Shown here piece by piece: positions 9,567 to 21,200 of a stretch of DNA of 64,000 bases. A program made the position numbers and the translations under genes. The stretch comes from a virus, in the IMG/VR virus record IMGVR_UViG_3300026097_000008, positions 64,001 through 128,000 of that record; one strand, written 5' to 3'. The first letter of the stretch is position 1, and each line of letters opens with the position of its first letter. Under the pieces are notes generated by a model. It searched no databases, was not told the DNA's origin, and worked only from the letters and a program-made list of their open reading frames with translations.

Positions 9567-10088
9567 TTACTTTTCATTTCCTGGCCATTTTATATTGAAC
9601 TCAGGTTCCCTAGGCGTTTTGTTCATAGCCGGCGATGCCGTGACTTTGTAATAGTTATGCAAAATAAGTTCACATTCTTCTTTGGTAGAACATGCTTCAA
9701 CTTTTTGAAGTAATTTTTTTAGGATCTTTTTATCGGTAAGATTTTCATTTGCATACAATCTCATTGCTGATTTTATCAACACTGTGACGTTTTCTTTATC
9801 TTTATCAGTTAGTCTATAAACATATTTTTCCCACTCTACATCGCCAGAAGCTGTCACAATGTCTTCTGCTTTACTTACTGGCTCAGTTACACTAACTACA
9901 TCTCTGTATGCATTTGTTAACACAGCAGATTTAGCAACTTCTTCAGATAATTCAATATAATTTATCCAATCAATATATGCACCGTCTGGAATATAACGCA
10001 TAGTAAAGTGCCAATAATCGCCTACTACTTTACTGCCTTTAGGTATTCTAGGATCATTATCAGCTATCGTCGGATGTATTATATACAT
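9567..10088 (-). CDS. Hypothetical protein
   Basis: 173-aa ORF overlapping the upstream gene; no recognised motif. Confidence 0.6.
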   Translation of the reverse strand: MYIIHPTIADNDPRIPKGSKVVGDYWHFTMRYIPDGAYIDWINYIELSEEVAKSAVLTNAYRDVVSVTEPVSKAEDIVTASGDVEWEKYVYRLTDKDKENVTVLIKSAMRLYANENLTDKKILKKLLQKVEACSTKEECELILHNYYKVTASPAMNKTPREPEFNIKWPGNEK

Positions 10089-10950
10089 TTAATATATTTC
10101 CTTGATCTACAGCCGATGCACTAGGAGCATTTACTGATAACTTCAATTCTGCATCGGAATCCTCTGTTGGCGGCTTTGTTAAAAATGCTGTATCTGCATT
10201 ACTATCTAACGCTAGTTTTTCGTCAATATTAGCTTGTATATTTTTTTGTATATGTTGCAGTTGCGTACCATAATTCATTGCTAGAGATAATGTTTCTGTT
10301 TGCTGGGTAGGAGACATACTAAGTATAGCATCCATATTTCCTGTGCCGACCCTTCCGTAAAACAACAAATCGGTAGCAGCTTGTTTAGCAAGTCTGTTAG
10401 TCCAATATTCTGCTTCGTAATAATCCTCTGCGTCAGTATCCATAATATCCATATATGTTCGGCCAGAACCATCTGGCAATAATGCTTCGTCTGAATTTAA
10501 AAATTCTTGTATTAAATCTAAAATTTGTTGTCTTTCTAGATACCAATTAAGCAACCGTCTTCTTGTTAATACTTGAGTACGGTTAAGCTCTTTTGCTTCT
10601 AGTAAATGCTCTCTACGATCAAAATCGTCAATTGCATTTTGTGCTTGATGCTCGTGTCTTTCAATCTGAATTTGCCATTTTTCAATATCATATTCTAATT
10701 TTCCAATAGCTTCTTCCCTTGATTTTAATTCAAGCAACCATTGACGCAGTTTGCTAAAGGGAGTGATTTGAGTTTCCCCTACAAACCAACGCATTTTATA
10801 TTTTGGATTTGCCCACTCTTTATTTTGCGAATAATCCAAAAGTGCTACTTCTTTTTCCGATAGTTGCGAAACATCGCTTAGAAGTTCGCTTTTATGTACT
10901 TCTGTTTCTTTAGCAAATTGTGACAGTCTGTCAGGCATATTAGATTCCAT
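10060..10950 (-). CDS. Coiled-coil protein, possibly a fibre-assembly partner
   Basis: Long heptad-rich helical region (RQWLLELKSREEAI...). The RBS AAGGAG favours a start at MESNM (10950). Late promoter ATAAATA at 10978-10984. Confidence 0.65.
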   Translation of the reverse strand: MESNMPDRLSQFAKETEVHKSELLSDVSQLSEKEVALLDYSQNKEWANPKYKMRWFVGETQITPFSKLRQWLLELKSREEAIGKLEYDIEKWQIQIERHEHQAQNAIDDFDRREHLLEAKELNRTQVLTRRRLLNWYLERQQILDLIQEFLNSDEALLPDGSGRTYMDIMDTDAEDYYEAEYWTNRLAKQAATDLLFYGRVGTGNMDAILSMSPTQQTETLSLAMNYGTQLQHIQKNIQANIDEKLALDSNADTAFLTKPPTEDSDAELKLSVNAPSASAVDQGNILNVYNTSDDS

Positions 10951-11026
10951 GTTGTCTCCTTTAAAAAACATACATTATATTTATTAATTGAAAATTTATG
11001 ATTATATTATATTGGCAGAAAGAGTA

Positions 11027-12079
11027 TCAATCTCTCCAAGAACATACACCAGAACTAGCTCCTGGTTTCCCTTTTGGCTCCATTGAACTACCGCCTCTAA
11101 AGCCGCTTTCAGATACGTAATTCCATCTGTGTGAAATATTATTTTGCTGTCCGTTATACATACCAATCATATATTGATGATCTTGGCCCATGGTATAGTT
11201 TTCTTCGCCTGAGTCCCCTACAGGTTTAGATACAGTGCCAGAAGTTGTATTTGTTGTCCAATTAGTTCGACGATAATTGTTGCCGCCTCTGTATGTTCCT
11301 TCATTGCCAGCCCAAGCGTATTGTCCTTTGGAATTTACAGCTTTTTGTTGGTGATGATTGGCTGGATCAGTTCCGCCTCTGTTCGAAGCTGTTCTAGTAG
11401 AAAAGTTAAATGTAATACCATTATTTCCTTCGTACATTATGCCATACGTTTCGGTGCTCATACCCCATGTAGTACCACTGTACATAGTTGCACCGATAGT
11501 ACCTGTAAGTGTTTTGGTTGTCAAATTATATTCTTCAACAAGTGTATTTTCACCATTTAGCCAGGTTTCATAATGTTCTCTAAAAACGCCTCCATAATTG
11601 TGTCTCGATAGTGCCAAATTGCGATCAATGTCAGTAGCTTGTGTTTCAGTTCTCATGTTAAATGCAATTGTATAATTTGAACTAACTGAATGTCCACCTC
11701 CAGCACCAAAAACATATGCGTAATCTTTAGAACATGCTCCCCACTGATAGTTAAATGCAGCTTCGATTGCTCCGTCACCTAGGTTATAAGTGGTATCAGT
11801 GGCGGTGATTGTTCTATTGAGATTGTTCCAAGCTACACTGCTTTGGTAGCCGCCTTGCATATAACCATTATTTATAATTGTTCTAGTAAGAAAAGGTATG
11901 GTCATTTCAGACCATCCTGCACTAGTAGTGTACGTGCCGTCTTGATAATATTCGACTACACTATTATCTGTATTGTAGCGTATTCTGCCAGCATCATTAC
12001 CTGGACGCTGGGCTGTTGTACCTTTGGGTAATCTTAAATAGTCAGTGCCGTTAATAGTAGTGTTTTTTAATGTTGCCAT
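11027..12079 (-). CDS. Virion appendage protein, paralog A (adapter module plus Gly/aromatic beta-repeat, propeller-like)
   Basis: N-terminal LRLPKGTTAQRP...RYNTD...EYY module, then ~45-aa beta-rich repeats. Colinear paralog of 12089..13138. Confidence 0.65.
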   Translation of the reverse strand: MATLKNTTINGTDYLRLPKGTTAQRPGNDAGRIRYNTDNSVVEYYQDGTYTTSAGWSEMTIPFLTRTIINNGYMQGGYQSSVAWNNLNRTITATDTTYNLGDGAIEAAFNYQWGACSKDYAYVFGAGGGHSVSSNYTIAFNMRTETQATDIDRNLALSRHNYGGVFREHYETWLNGENTLVEEYNLTTKTLTGTIGATMYSGTTWGMSTETYGIMYEGNNGITFNFSTRTASNRGGTDPANHHQQKAVNSKGQYAWAGNEGTYRGGNNYRRTNWTTNTTSGTVSKPVGDSGEENYTMGQDHQYMIGMYNGQQNNISHRWNYVSESGFRGGSSMEPKGKPGASSGVCSWRD

Positions 12080-12088
12080 ATTATTATC

Positions 12089-13138
12089 CTAATCTCTCCA
12101 AGCACATACACCAGAACTTGAACCTGCTTTGCCTTTTGGCTCCATTGTAGAGCTACCTTGGAATCCGCTTTCTGTAGCATAATTCCAACGCCAAGATCTG
12201 TTGTTTTGTTGCCCATTATATTGTCCAAGCATATACTGGTGATCTTGTCCCATGGTAAAGTTTTCCTCGCCACAGTTGCCGTCTGGTTTTGCTACTGTAC
12301 CTGAGTCAGTTGTATTTGTTGACCAATTGGTTCTGCGGAAGTTTGATCCGCCACTATAACTTCCTTCGTTGCCTGCCCATGCATACGTACCTTTTGAGTT
12401 TACAGACTTTTGCTGATCGTGATTGGAAGGTGTAGTTCCGCCACGACTGGATTTTGTTTCAGTAGCAAATACAAATGTTTCTGCTGTATTTGCAGCGTAA
12501 AATAGCGCATAGTCCTCGTGGCTCATGCCCCATGTTGAACCTGACCTATAATTTTGTCCTATATTTCCGCTGCTTGTTTTAGTCACTAAATTGTATTTGT
12601 TAATATTACTATCACTATCTCCCGACATCCAAGTTTCGTAGTGTTCTCTAAAAATGCCACCGAATCTCCATCTGTTACTTGGCAGACTTCTATCTATGTC
12701 TGTCATTTGCTGTTCAGTACGCATGTTGTAAGCAATAGTATAGTTAGAACTAACCGCATGGCCGCCGCCTGCACCAAACACATATGAATAGTCTTTAGAA
12801 CATGCTCCCCATTGATAGTTGAATGCTGACTCAATTGCAGAGTCGCCTAAGTTTGTAGTTGTGTCAGTAGCAGCAATAGTTTTATTCAAATTATTCCACG
12901 CTGCACTACTTTTATACCCGCCTTGCATGAATGCTGTTGTTATAATTGTTCGAAAAGGAAATACGAGAGAACTTAATTCCCAAGCAACACCATTCCAATA
13001 CTCTAATTTACCACTGTCACTGTTGACCCTCATGCCTGCTATATTATCGGCATTTTCTGCTGGACGCTCGGCATCATTACCTACCGGCAATCTTAAAAAT
13101 CCTGTATCGTCTATTTCTGTATTTTTTAAAGTTGCCAT
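12089..13138 (-). CDS. Virion appendage protein, paralog B
   Basis: Same architecture as paralog A, with long identical peptide blocks (AFNYQWGACSKDY, TMGQDHQYM, MEPKGK). Confidence 0.65.
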   Translation of the reverse strand: MATLKNTEIDDTGFLRLPVGNDAERPAENADNIAGMRVNSDSGKLEYWNGVAWELSSLVFPFRTIITTAFMQGGYKSSAAWNNLNKTIAATDTTTNLGDSAIESAFNYQWGACSKDYSYVFGAGGGHAVSSNYTIAYNMRTEQQMTDIDRSLPSNRWRFGGIFREHYETWMSGDSDSNINKYNLVTKTSSGNIGQNYRSGSTWGMSHEDYALFYAANTAETFVFATETKSSRGGTTPSNHDQQKSVNSKGTYAWAGNEGSYSGGSNFRRTNWSTNTTDSGTVAKPDGNCGEENFTMGQDHQYMLGQYNGQQNNRSWRWNYATESGFQGSSTMEPKGKAGSSSGVCAWRD

Positions 13139-13971
13139 TAGAACCCTCCTCTTGCTAAAAGGGCTGATGATAGTCCCCTAATTTCATTTTCATTAAGAAC
13201 TCTGTCCCACGCAGCAAGGAACTGCCATTTCCAATCGCTTGGTTCACTTGTATTACTAGTGTGTGCTCCGACTCGTAAATTTGTTGGACCGTTAGATCCG
13301 CCTGTTGACTGCGCTCTCATAGTACCGTTCTTCCAATATTGCCATTCGTCTACACTTAAACCGCCTTCAAAATTAGTTCTACCTGTTCCTGTGTGTACAC
13401 CCCATTGATTATTACCTGCGCCTCCACCGCTTGAACTACTTTGAATTACCCAACCTTCTGCAAAGTATCTCACATCGCCATCGCTCCAGTGGCCTAACAA
13501 CCAGTTGTTTCCGCCTGGACCTGTAGTAGTAATTCTTCCTCTAGTGCCGCCGTTGTATCCACATAGTGTCATAACAGTGTATGGCTCACTGCTCATGTCT
13601 ACAGCAAAATCAATTCTGCCTGCACTTTGTCCACCAGTAAGGTATTTTGAACCTGTTCCTGAAGTTTGTTCTGTTACAGTTCCTGAAATTGTCACAGTTC
13701 TGTTGTTGCCGCTAATGTCTGTGAGTGTACTGCCGTCCCAGCTATCTGGATTGCCTACATCACACAACAACTGTAATCCTCTCATAGGTATACCGTCTTT
13801 GTTAGTTTCGGCATTTATCCAAAAACCCATCCAATAAAATTCAACATAACCCAAATCAGTATTAAATCTCATATCGCCATTTACTGGACTGGATGGTCTT
13901 TGAGCTGTAGTGCCTCTTGGCAGATATACAGATCCTGTATCATTAATTGTAGTGTCCAGTAGCGTAGCCAT
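13138..13971 (-). CDS. Virion protein with adapter module and LamG/ConA-like lectin C-domain
   Basis: LPRGTTAQRP...MRFNTD module; D.GNP.SW....L.DISGN.R and terminal WDRVL.E.EI motifs typical of phage LamG-like domains. Confidence 0.65.
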   Translation of the reverse strand: MATLLDTTINDTGSVYLPRGTTAQRPSSPVNGDMRFNTDLGYVEFYWMGFWINAETNKDGIPMRGLQLLCDVGNPDSWDGSTLTDISGNNRTVTISGTVTEQTSGTGSKYLTGGQSAGRIDFAVDMSSEPYTVMTLCGYNGGTRGRITTTGPGGNNWLLGHWSDGDVRYFAEGWVIQSSSSGGGAGNNQWGVHTGTGRTNFEGGLSVDEWQYWKNGTMRAQSTGGSNGPTNLRVGAHTSNTSEPSDWKWQFLAAWDRVLNENEIRGLSSALLARGGF

Positions 13972-14858
13972 TAATAACCTCTGCTTTTAAGTCTATTTAC
14001 TTCGGATGATAATTCTTTCACTGCTTCGATTAGATAAGCACTTAGTTTTGTATAGTTTATTCCTTTTGGATTTCCGTCACTGTCTTTGGATACAAGATTA
14101 GGAAGGATTTCGTTTACCGTTTCAGCAATTAATCCTGCTTCATTCTTTGTTGAGCCGTCTTTTCTATCGTAAGTGACTCCGTCAAGTTTTGTTATAATGT
14201 CTAGTGCATCGATGATAGGATTTACATTTTCTTTTAGTGTGATACTTGAATCCTCTACAATTGTAGTTGCAGTCATAGTAGTAAATTGTCCGGTATTTCT
14301 TGTTGTGCTACCAATTGGAGTATTGTTAATTGATCCGCCTGTAATAGGAACTCCAGAAAGACCTCCTGATAAAGTTAGCGATACAGCACTTAATACATTA
14401 CAGGATAAAGTACCAGTGCTAGGTTGATATGTTAATTTCGAACTGCTAACATTCAGTCCTGCAATAGATCCGCTAGTTGAATCTGTGAATGACGGGTAAT
14501 AAGTACTCGAATCAGCATTTTGATCGCTTACTGTGATTCCGCTTGTTATAAAAGATAAGTTTCCATTTCCATCAGTCGACAATACAGAGCCAGCGCCTCC
14601 ATCAGCAGCAGGAAAGGTTAAAGTATAATCTGCACTTACAGTTCCAGGTGCTTGCAGTGTTACAAAATTACTGGCGTTGTCACTTAAAAGCAACCCGTTA
14701 TTATTTGCAATTTGTAAGTCATTAGAGGAAACTGTCACACCCGAACCGCTAGGATTAAAATTAATGTTTTCGTTAGGCTGTGACTGGAAAGTATTATCAA
14801 CGGACGCCAAAGTTCCTAATATTGGTCCACCTACGATTCCTGTTGTAATTTTACGCAT
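13971..14858 (-). CDS. Tail fibre protein with C-terminal intramolecular chaperone (peptidase S74)
   Basis: S-S..LKENV..I..AL....L.GV.Y, GLIAE.V..ILP.LV and INY..L...LIEAVKEL form the S74 autocleaving chaperone signature. Confidence 0.8.
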   Translation of the reverse strand: MRKITTGIVGGPILGTLASVDNTFQSQPNENINFNPSGSGVTVSSNDLQIANNNGLLLSDNASNFVTLQAPGTVSADYTLTFPAADGGAGSVLSTDGNGNLSFITSGITVSDQNADSSTYYPSFTDSTSGSIAGLNVSSSKLTYQPSTGTLSCNVLSAVSLTLSGGLSGVPITGGSINNTPIGSTTRNTGQFTTMTATTIVEDSSITLKENVNPIIDALDIITKLDGVTYDRKDGSTKNEAGLIAETVNEILPNLVSKDSDGNPKGINYTKLSAYLIEAVKELSSEVNRLKSRGY

Positions 14859-14867
14859 TTGTTTTCC

Positions 14868-15188
14868 TTATGATGTTGCTGTTTCTATACCGTACACAAC
14901 TGCTGTTACATCAGTTCCACTAGCATAAACAACTATGTTTTTACCTGCATCTAATACAACTCCGCCTCGTTCAACAGTACCGTGTCCTAGTAATTCAGTA
15001 TCATATTCAATATATTCCTCATCACTTGGAGTACCTGATGCTGCTAACGCAATTCTAATATCGCGTGATGTTGCGTTTCTATTTGTCACATTTATTGTAA
15101 CTACACTAAATGTTGCTGCAGGAACAGTATACACAACAGTGTCTGTTGTTGCTGTTAATGCTTCTTGTCCTAATATACCTGTTGCCAT
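14868..15188 (-). CDS. Small virion structural protein (paralog of 31012..31341 and 39926..40282)
   Basis: Shared pattern VYTVPA...V..I.V.N ... VVLDAG..I.V.....V.AVV...E. Confidence 0.65.
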   Translation of the reverse strand: MATGILGQEALTATTDTVVYTVPAATFSVVTINVTNRNATSRDIRIALAASGTPSDEEYIEYDTELLGHGTVERGGVVLDAGKNIVVYASGTDVTAVVYGIETATS

Positions 15189-15209
15189 TTTATTTCCTCT
15201 CCGGTAGCT

Positions 15210-18200
15210 TTATCTTAAAAAGTAATTGTATGCTAATGGTAATCCAAGTACAGTACCTGTAAAATTAACATTTGCTTTAATATTTATCGTTTCACCGCTT
15301 ACCGTAGTAATTGTGTTGGTGCCTAGGAAGATGTCCCCAGCTGTCACACTGTTTACGTTAAGAGTGGCTCCGCCTCCACCAATTTGTGATTCAATATATG
15401 CTTTGATTGCACGTTGAGTAGGCACAACAGTGTCACTGTTTGCAGTAAAGAATGGATCTGTACTGAATTCTGTGATACTTGCACTATTACCACCTAGCGT
15501 GACTTCACCTAGTGAAAGTTCTTGGAGTCCTGCAATATTAAACGCTTCAGCGTTCAACGTTGCTACACCAGTTGCCTGTTCAACACTAAACAAATCACCG
15601 ACCCTAAAATTACCATCTTGGTCTGTAGCTGTAAAGAATACTCTACCGCCATCTGAGTCTGTTGTTTCTTTGGTTTGATCTGGATCGTTTATCGGCACTC
15701 CTGGATAATTTGTATCTGTGAAATTACCAGTTCCGATATCTAAGAAGTCGTGTCCTGTTAATCGAACTTGCGAGAATCTAATACGTAGTGTTACACCGTC
15801 GCCATCTTGTGGAGTGTCTTCGATTTCCATTGATGGTGTAATTTGTAAAAATGCTGTATAGCTTCCATCATTACTTCCAAGAAAACTAACTGTATTAACA
15901 AGTTTGAAGAACTGCCCGGGTAAACTATCAAATTCTATATTTGATCCATTTACAGGACGATCACTTAACCGTCTAACAGCAATAAATGTACCGTCTTGGA
16001 AGAAATCAGCAACACCGTTTGAATTTTGTGTATCCATACTTGCTGTAGCTGTAATAAATCCACTACCCCTGTTTACAAATGTAGGATTACCGATCGCACC
16101 ATTACCTATGCGCGGAGTTATAAGCACATCATTAATGTTATTAGGATCTGTTACAGTATCTGTAGGAGCACTTGTATATCCATGTCCCGGTTCTGTTATT
16201 CTTACTTCGAATATTTGTTCATTTGCTACAGCTACTCTTGCTCTAGCAGTTACACCTATTCTCATGTCAACATGGGCTGTAGTTGCGCCAGCGCCTATTG
16301 CTACAAACTTAGGCGTTTGTCCTGGATTGCCAAATGCGATTGCATTTAATCCGCCTGTGTACGTATCTGATAGTGTATATCCGCCACTTGGCCAATAAAC
16401 TCCGTCTTCGGAATATGCAACTTGATTTGTGTCATCAGTTGTCACCACAAATTGTCCTTGACCGTATGCAATCTTAGCACCTACTGTACCAGGTAAGGCA
16501 CCAGATACTGCTGTCCAATTTTGGCCATCTAAGCTATATGCTATTCCTGTTGTATCGTCAGTAATTGCTACAAAACGTCCATTGCCCCAGACTACATCTG
16601 ACCAACCTGCTGTAGTTGGCATGCCTGTTGCTTCTTGGGTCCATGTAATACCATCTTCGGAATAAGCCATTTCCTGACTGCCGTTCTTGACAGCAACAAA
16701 TATACCTTTACCGTATGTAAGTGCAGTATATCCTGTGGATGGCAATGCATTTGATGTTATAGTCCATGTTTGACCGCCATTATCTGAATATGCAACGTCT
16801 CTATCATTATCTCCTATCACAACAAATCGTGTCACACTTGAACTAACTTGTCCTGCTGCTACGCTTGATACTGCACTAACTGTAATTGCAGGTGTAGGCG
16901 AATTTGCAGTCCAACTAGATCCATCTGAAGAATAATTGACAAGCAGATTATTTGTAGCACCATATCCTACTACCATTGCAGTGCTAGGATTTAATGTTGT
17001 GGATCCGTCATCGATTAATGCACTTGTAATATTTGTCCATGCTGTGGCACTAGTAGCAAGTGTCACACTTGTATCAAAATCGGTGCCATCTACACTTGAT
17101 TCAGCTGCTGTACCTGCATCGGGTATTGCAATAAACTTACCCTTACTGCCTAATCCTGTGAAGTCAAAATCTACAACAGCACCTGTATTAGCGTTTATAG
17201 TAGATACAGTTATGACAATGTCATTAGCTGGCGTTGCGCCGCCAACGCTAGTTCCTGCTATAGTAAGTGTATCCAGTCGTGTATAATCTTGTCCAGCAGC
17301 ATTTAGTGTAAGATAATACTTAGAACCGTTTCTAATTACATCAAAAGTAGCACCTGTACCGTCGCCCTGCGAAGTAGTTGCAACACCTGTATATTCTGCA
17401 GATGTTTCCATGTAATGCATTGCATTCCAAGTATCTGATGTCAGTGTTGTTGCTTGTGTATTTGCTTTGGTCGGGCTACTAAACGAAATTCTAGGCTCAA
17501 TCAAATAAGTTGATGTAGAATTAGGAGCAACAATTGTTGTACCCGGTACTACATGATCCCAACCTGCTGTGCCGTCTGTTTCCTTAATTACAGTAGCAAT
17601 CTTTGATCCAGAATTATATGTATCAATGATACCAAAATTACCTGCACCTGCGCCGCCTGTAATATATACTTTCATTCCCGGATATGCTGTAGAACTATTT
17701 CCGTCTGTTGCTGCAAGGGTGACTTGCGATGTAGTTCCTGCTTGCGCAGTGTTTGTGACTACAAGATATCCACTTCCGCCAGCTGTTGCATCTGGATTAC
17801 CCGTTGAGTCATCTACTTCTATTATTCGTCCTTCAAACAATGCTTGATCACGGAATTCATCTGCAACTAACTCTTCTGCGGTTCCTGCTCCAAAGATATC
17901 AATTACTGCTTCAGTATATTCATTACCTGCATGACTAAATTCAAGTCCAAGCAACTCGTTTGTATCAGTAAACACACTTGCTATTGTTGCATTATATTGT
18001 GTTTTGTTATCAACAATAGCTGTGACTGGAGTTTCGTCTGGATCGACTCCTTCTGCTACACTACCAAATGTACCATACGAGTTATTACCATTAGTTGCTC
18101 GTACTCTGCCGCCAGTTTCTGCTAGATAGCCAATGTGAGAGTAGTATGTGAACACAGATACAAGTTCTGCTCTACCGTTGTTAAGGATGTGAGCACCGAT

Positions 18201-21200
18201 ACCGTCACTAATAACCTGTGTAAAGTCATTGCTTACAATAGAGTCATTACCGCCATTATGTAAAGCGCCGTCAATACGTTGTCCTGTAGCAGCAAAACCA
18301 AATGTAGTTAGATTTTGTACATAAGGCGAACGTGCAGTAATCCATACACGTTCGTCATCTGGGCCCCAACCTGGATCTAGACTTGCATATGCTCCGGCTG
18401 TAGGACGACTTGTTCCAAATTCGTTTGCAGGACCAAGATCTCCTCTTAATCCGTCTAGTGTTTGTAGTCGTAGTCCTGTACCATTGCGTAGATAATACAT
18501 ATCTTCTTCTTGTGATCCAATAATACTGTTCACATAGTATCGTGAAGCAAGTTGTGTTCTATAACTACCAGGTAAGTAGATTGTTATGTTATCAGTATAA
18601 GATCTCTTCCACATTTGCGGCCAAGTAAGATCATATTTAATTGCATCTACGTATTCTCTTACATCTCTAGCACATAGTACTCTATCATACTCATATTCTT
18701 TTACTACATAGTATCCTTCACTATAATCAGTAATGGTAGTATCAGAGCCGCCACCTGCAACACTGTATTGTGACGCAGAAATTGTAAATGCTGTAGCACT
18801 TAATATATCTTGAACATAGTATGTTGTTGATGTGCTAAATCCTGCATCTGTAACTGCATCAGTACTATCGTCTGGATTTTCAAATTTGATAGGCATTCCT
18901 ACTTCGAGCCAATCAGTTGATGCAATACTTAATGAATTTGTTGCAGGGTCAGTTGAAGTCACTATTGCTTTAAAATATTCGTCTACATATGATAATGCTT
19001 CGTCTACAATAAATTCTTTGTTAAGTTCTAGTTGTCTAATTGCATTATAGACTTCTACGTCTTCTACAGCATCATTTCCGCCTTCTGGTGCTCCGCTCCA
19101 AATTATATCTTCTACCCATTGCCAAGTACTGTTTATCCCTGCAATTGCTGTTGCATTCCCACCTACATTCTGAACAGCAAGAGTTCTAGCAAATTCGTTA
19201 GCTGCTATTGTTGCTGTTTTTTGATTGCCAAGTATTTTTGCACTAGGTTCTCTCAAATAGCTATAGGCTGCGACTATACTTGCAAAGTTAGTTCCGAGCA
19301 TCCAGTCATAACGTGCAGCAAGTGCAATTTTGCCAATGTCTCTTTGACATTTTGCCTGATCATAATTAAAATCATTGTATGTAGTGTTAATATACTGTAT
19401 TGTGTCGACAATAACATCTTCTCTATCACTTGCAATATCGCTATGAGCTGTTTGATATTCAGCACCTTGATTTGTAATTGTTGGGAATGTGATAGCAGGC
19501 ACACTATCAGTATTGCCAGCTGTTAAAGCATTACGAGTGATGTCAATTTTGTTATCTAACTCATCTGCTTCTGTCGAAGTTGCTGGTGTGCCTGGTGTGG
19601 TTTGGGTTTCGCCGTTTCCTGATTGTTTAGTGTACGTACCGTCTTCAGTGACCACAGCTCTTACTACAGTTTTTAAATGATTATATGCAGCTATTATTTC
19701 AGTTGTGTAGTCTGCATATTCTGTATAAACTGCATTATCTAAGAAGTAAACATCGACATTTCTTGTGCTTGCTTGTGTACCTTGATAAAGTATATCATAA
19801 GTTAAAGCATCAACAAAGTATCCGATGTTTGCTCTATACAAGTTTGCATCATATACAAAGCTGTACGTATTGTTGATGTATGCAATAACGTCTTCTACAA
19901 TAAATGTTCTGTTAGCAACAAGATTATCTTTAGCATCTTTGCGATTTTGAACCACAGATCCAGGATCTGGGAAGGTTAACGCATCCGCATCTCCATCGCC
20001 TGGCGCTGCTGTTCTAAATGTGCCATTTCTTATAATATCGACGATCTCGTCGTAGGCAGTATCTATTCTATCACTAGCATTTGAAGAACCAACAGCACTC
20101 GATCCGTCTGTGGTGACACTTATTTTTAATTGATCTCTTGCATATCTAATTGCACCGACAGTTTGTGTAATTTGATCATTAATAACAGTATAAGACATAG
20201 GTCTTTGATATGCAATGCCATTGTATACAGCATTAAAGTTTGTTCCTAGTGCAACATCGTAAGAAGTATCTGTAATAATTTTTCTTAAATCTCTACGGCA
20301 TTTACCACTATCATACGTAAAGCTACCAAAGTTTTTACTTATAAAGTCAATTGTTTGTTCTTTTATTGTAGGCAATCCAGTTTCGAGTAATTCACTTGCC
20401 GAAGTTAATGCACCGTCAACATTACTCAAACTAGGATATACTGTTGCTACAGTATCAACGCCATTATTAATGATACTTGTAATATTGTCCATCAAGTTGC
20501 CAATTCTAGTGGCAGAGTTTGCATCGCCACCTACACCTGCTCTTTGCGGAAATGGAATTGTACTTACATCGCCCTCTGTGGCTTCAGTTTGCGATACCGG
20601 ATTTACAGTAATATTTCTTCCAACAGTTTGTAATAATGCTTTTAAGTTTCCATATGCTGCTAAAGTTGCGGCTTTTTCACTAGAATCTATTTGCAATGTT
20701 CCAGTTCTACCATTGTAGTATGCTTCGCCTGCAATAACACTTTGGAAATTGCCACCATATGTTAAATCATATCGTAGAGCATCAATAATAAATCCTACAT
20801 CTTGTTTACATTTGGTTCTGCTGTACTTTAGGTTAGGATAATTTTCTGTAATATAAGCAATAGTTTCGTTTTGAAAAAACTCTTTGTTTATGAAAATTAA
20901 ATCTCTAGCTCTAGCATCGTTTGTGTCAACAACACCACTTTCGTAGTATCTTGGCAAGTCAGCTTCAACTTTATTACCTAAACTTGCATCTGATTTTCTT
21001 TTAATTGTTCTGGCCAATTTTTCTACAGATGGTCCAACCACTGAAGTTTCTGCATAAGGCCAGCTTTGATCTTGTGTTTCTGTATTACCGGTTGTAGGAG
21101 TCACAGCAGATCCAGTAACAATATCATCAACAACAGATTTTACTCTGTCTAGTGCATGATAGCTGTAAGTAAAATCTTTCGCAGGAGTAAGCGCACTATT

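Noticed and set aside
11027-13138. Paralog pair as a diversity-generating retroelement TR/VR
   Set aside because: Both copies are full-length ORFs that differ throughout, no adenine-specific pattern was evident, and there is no reverse transcriptase in the window.
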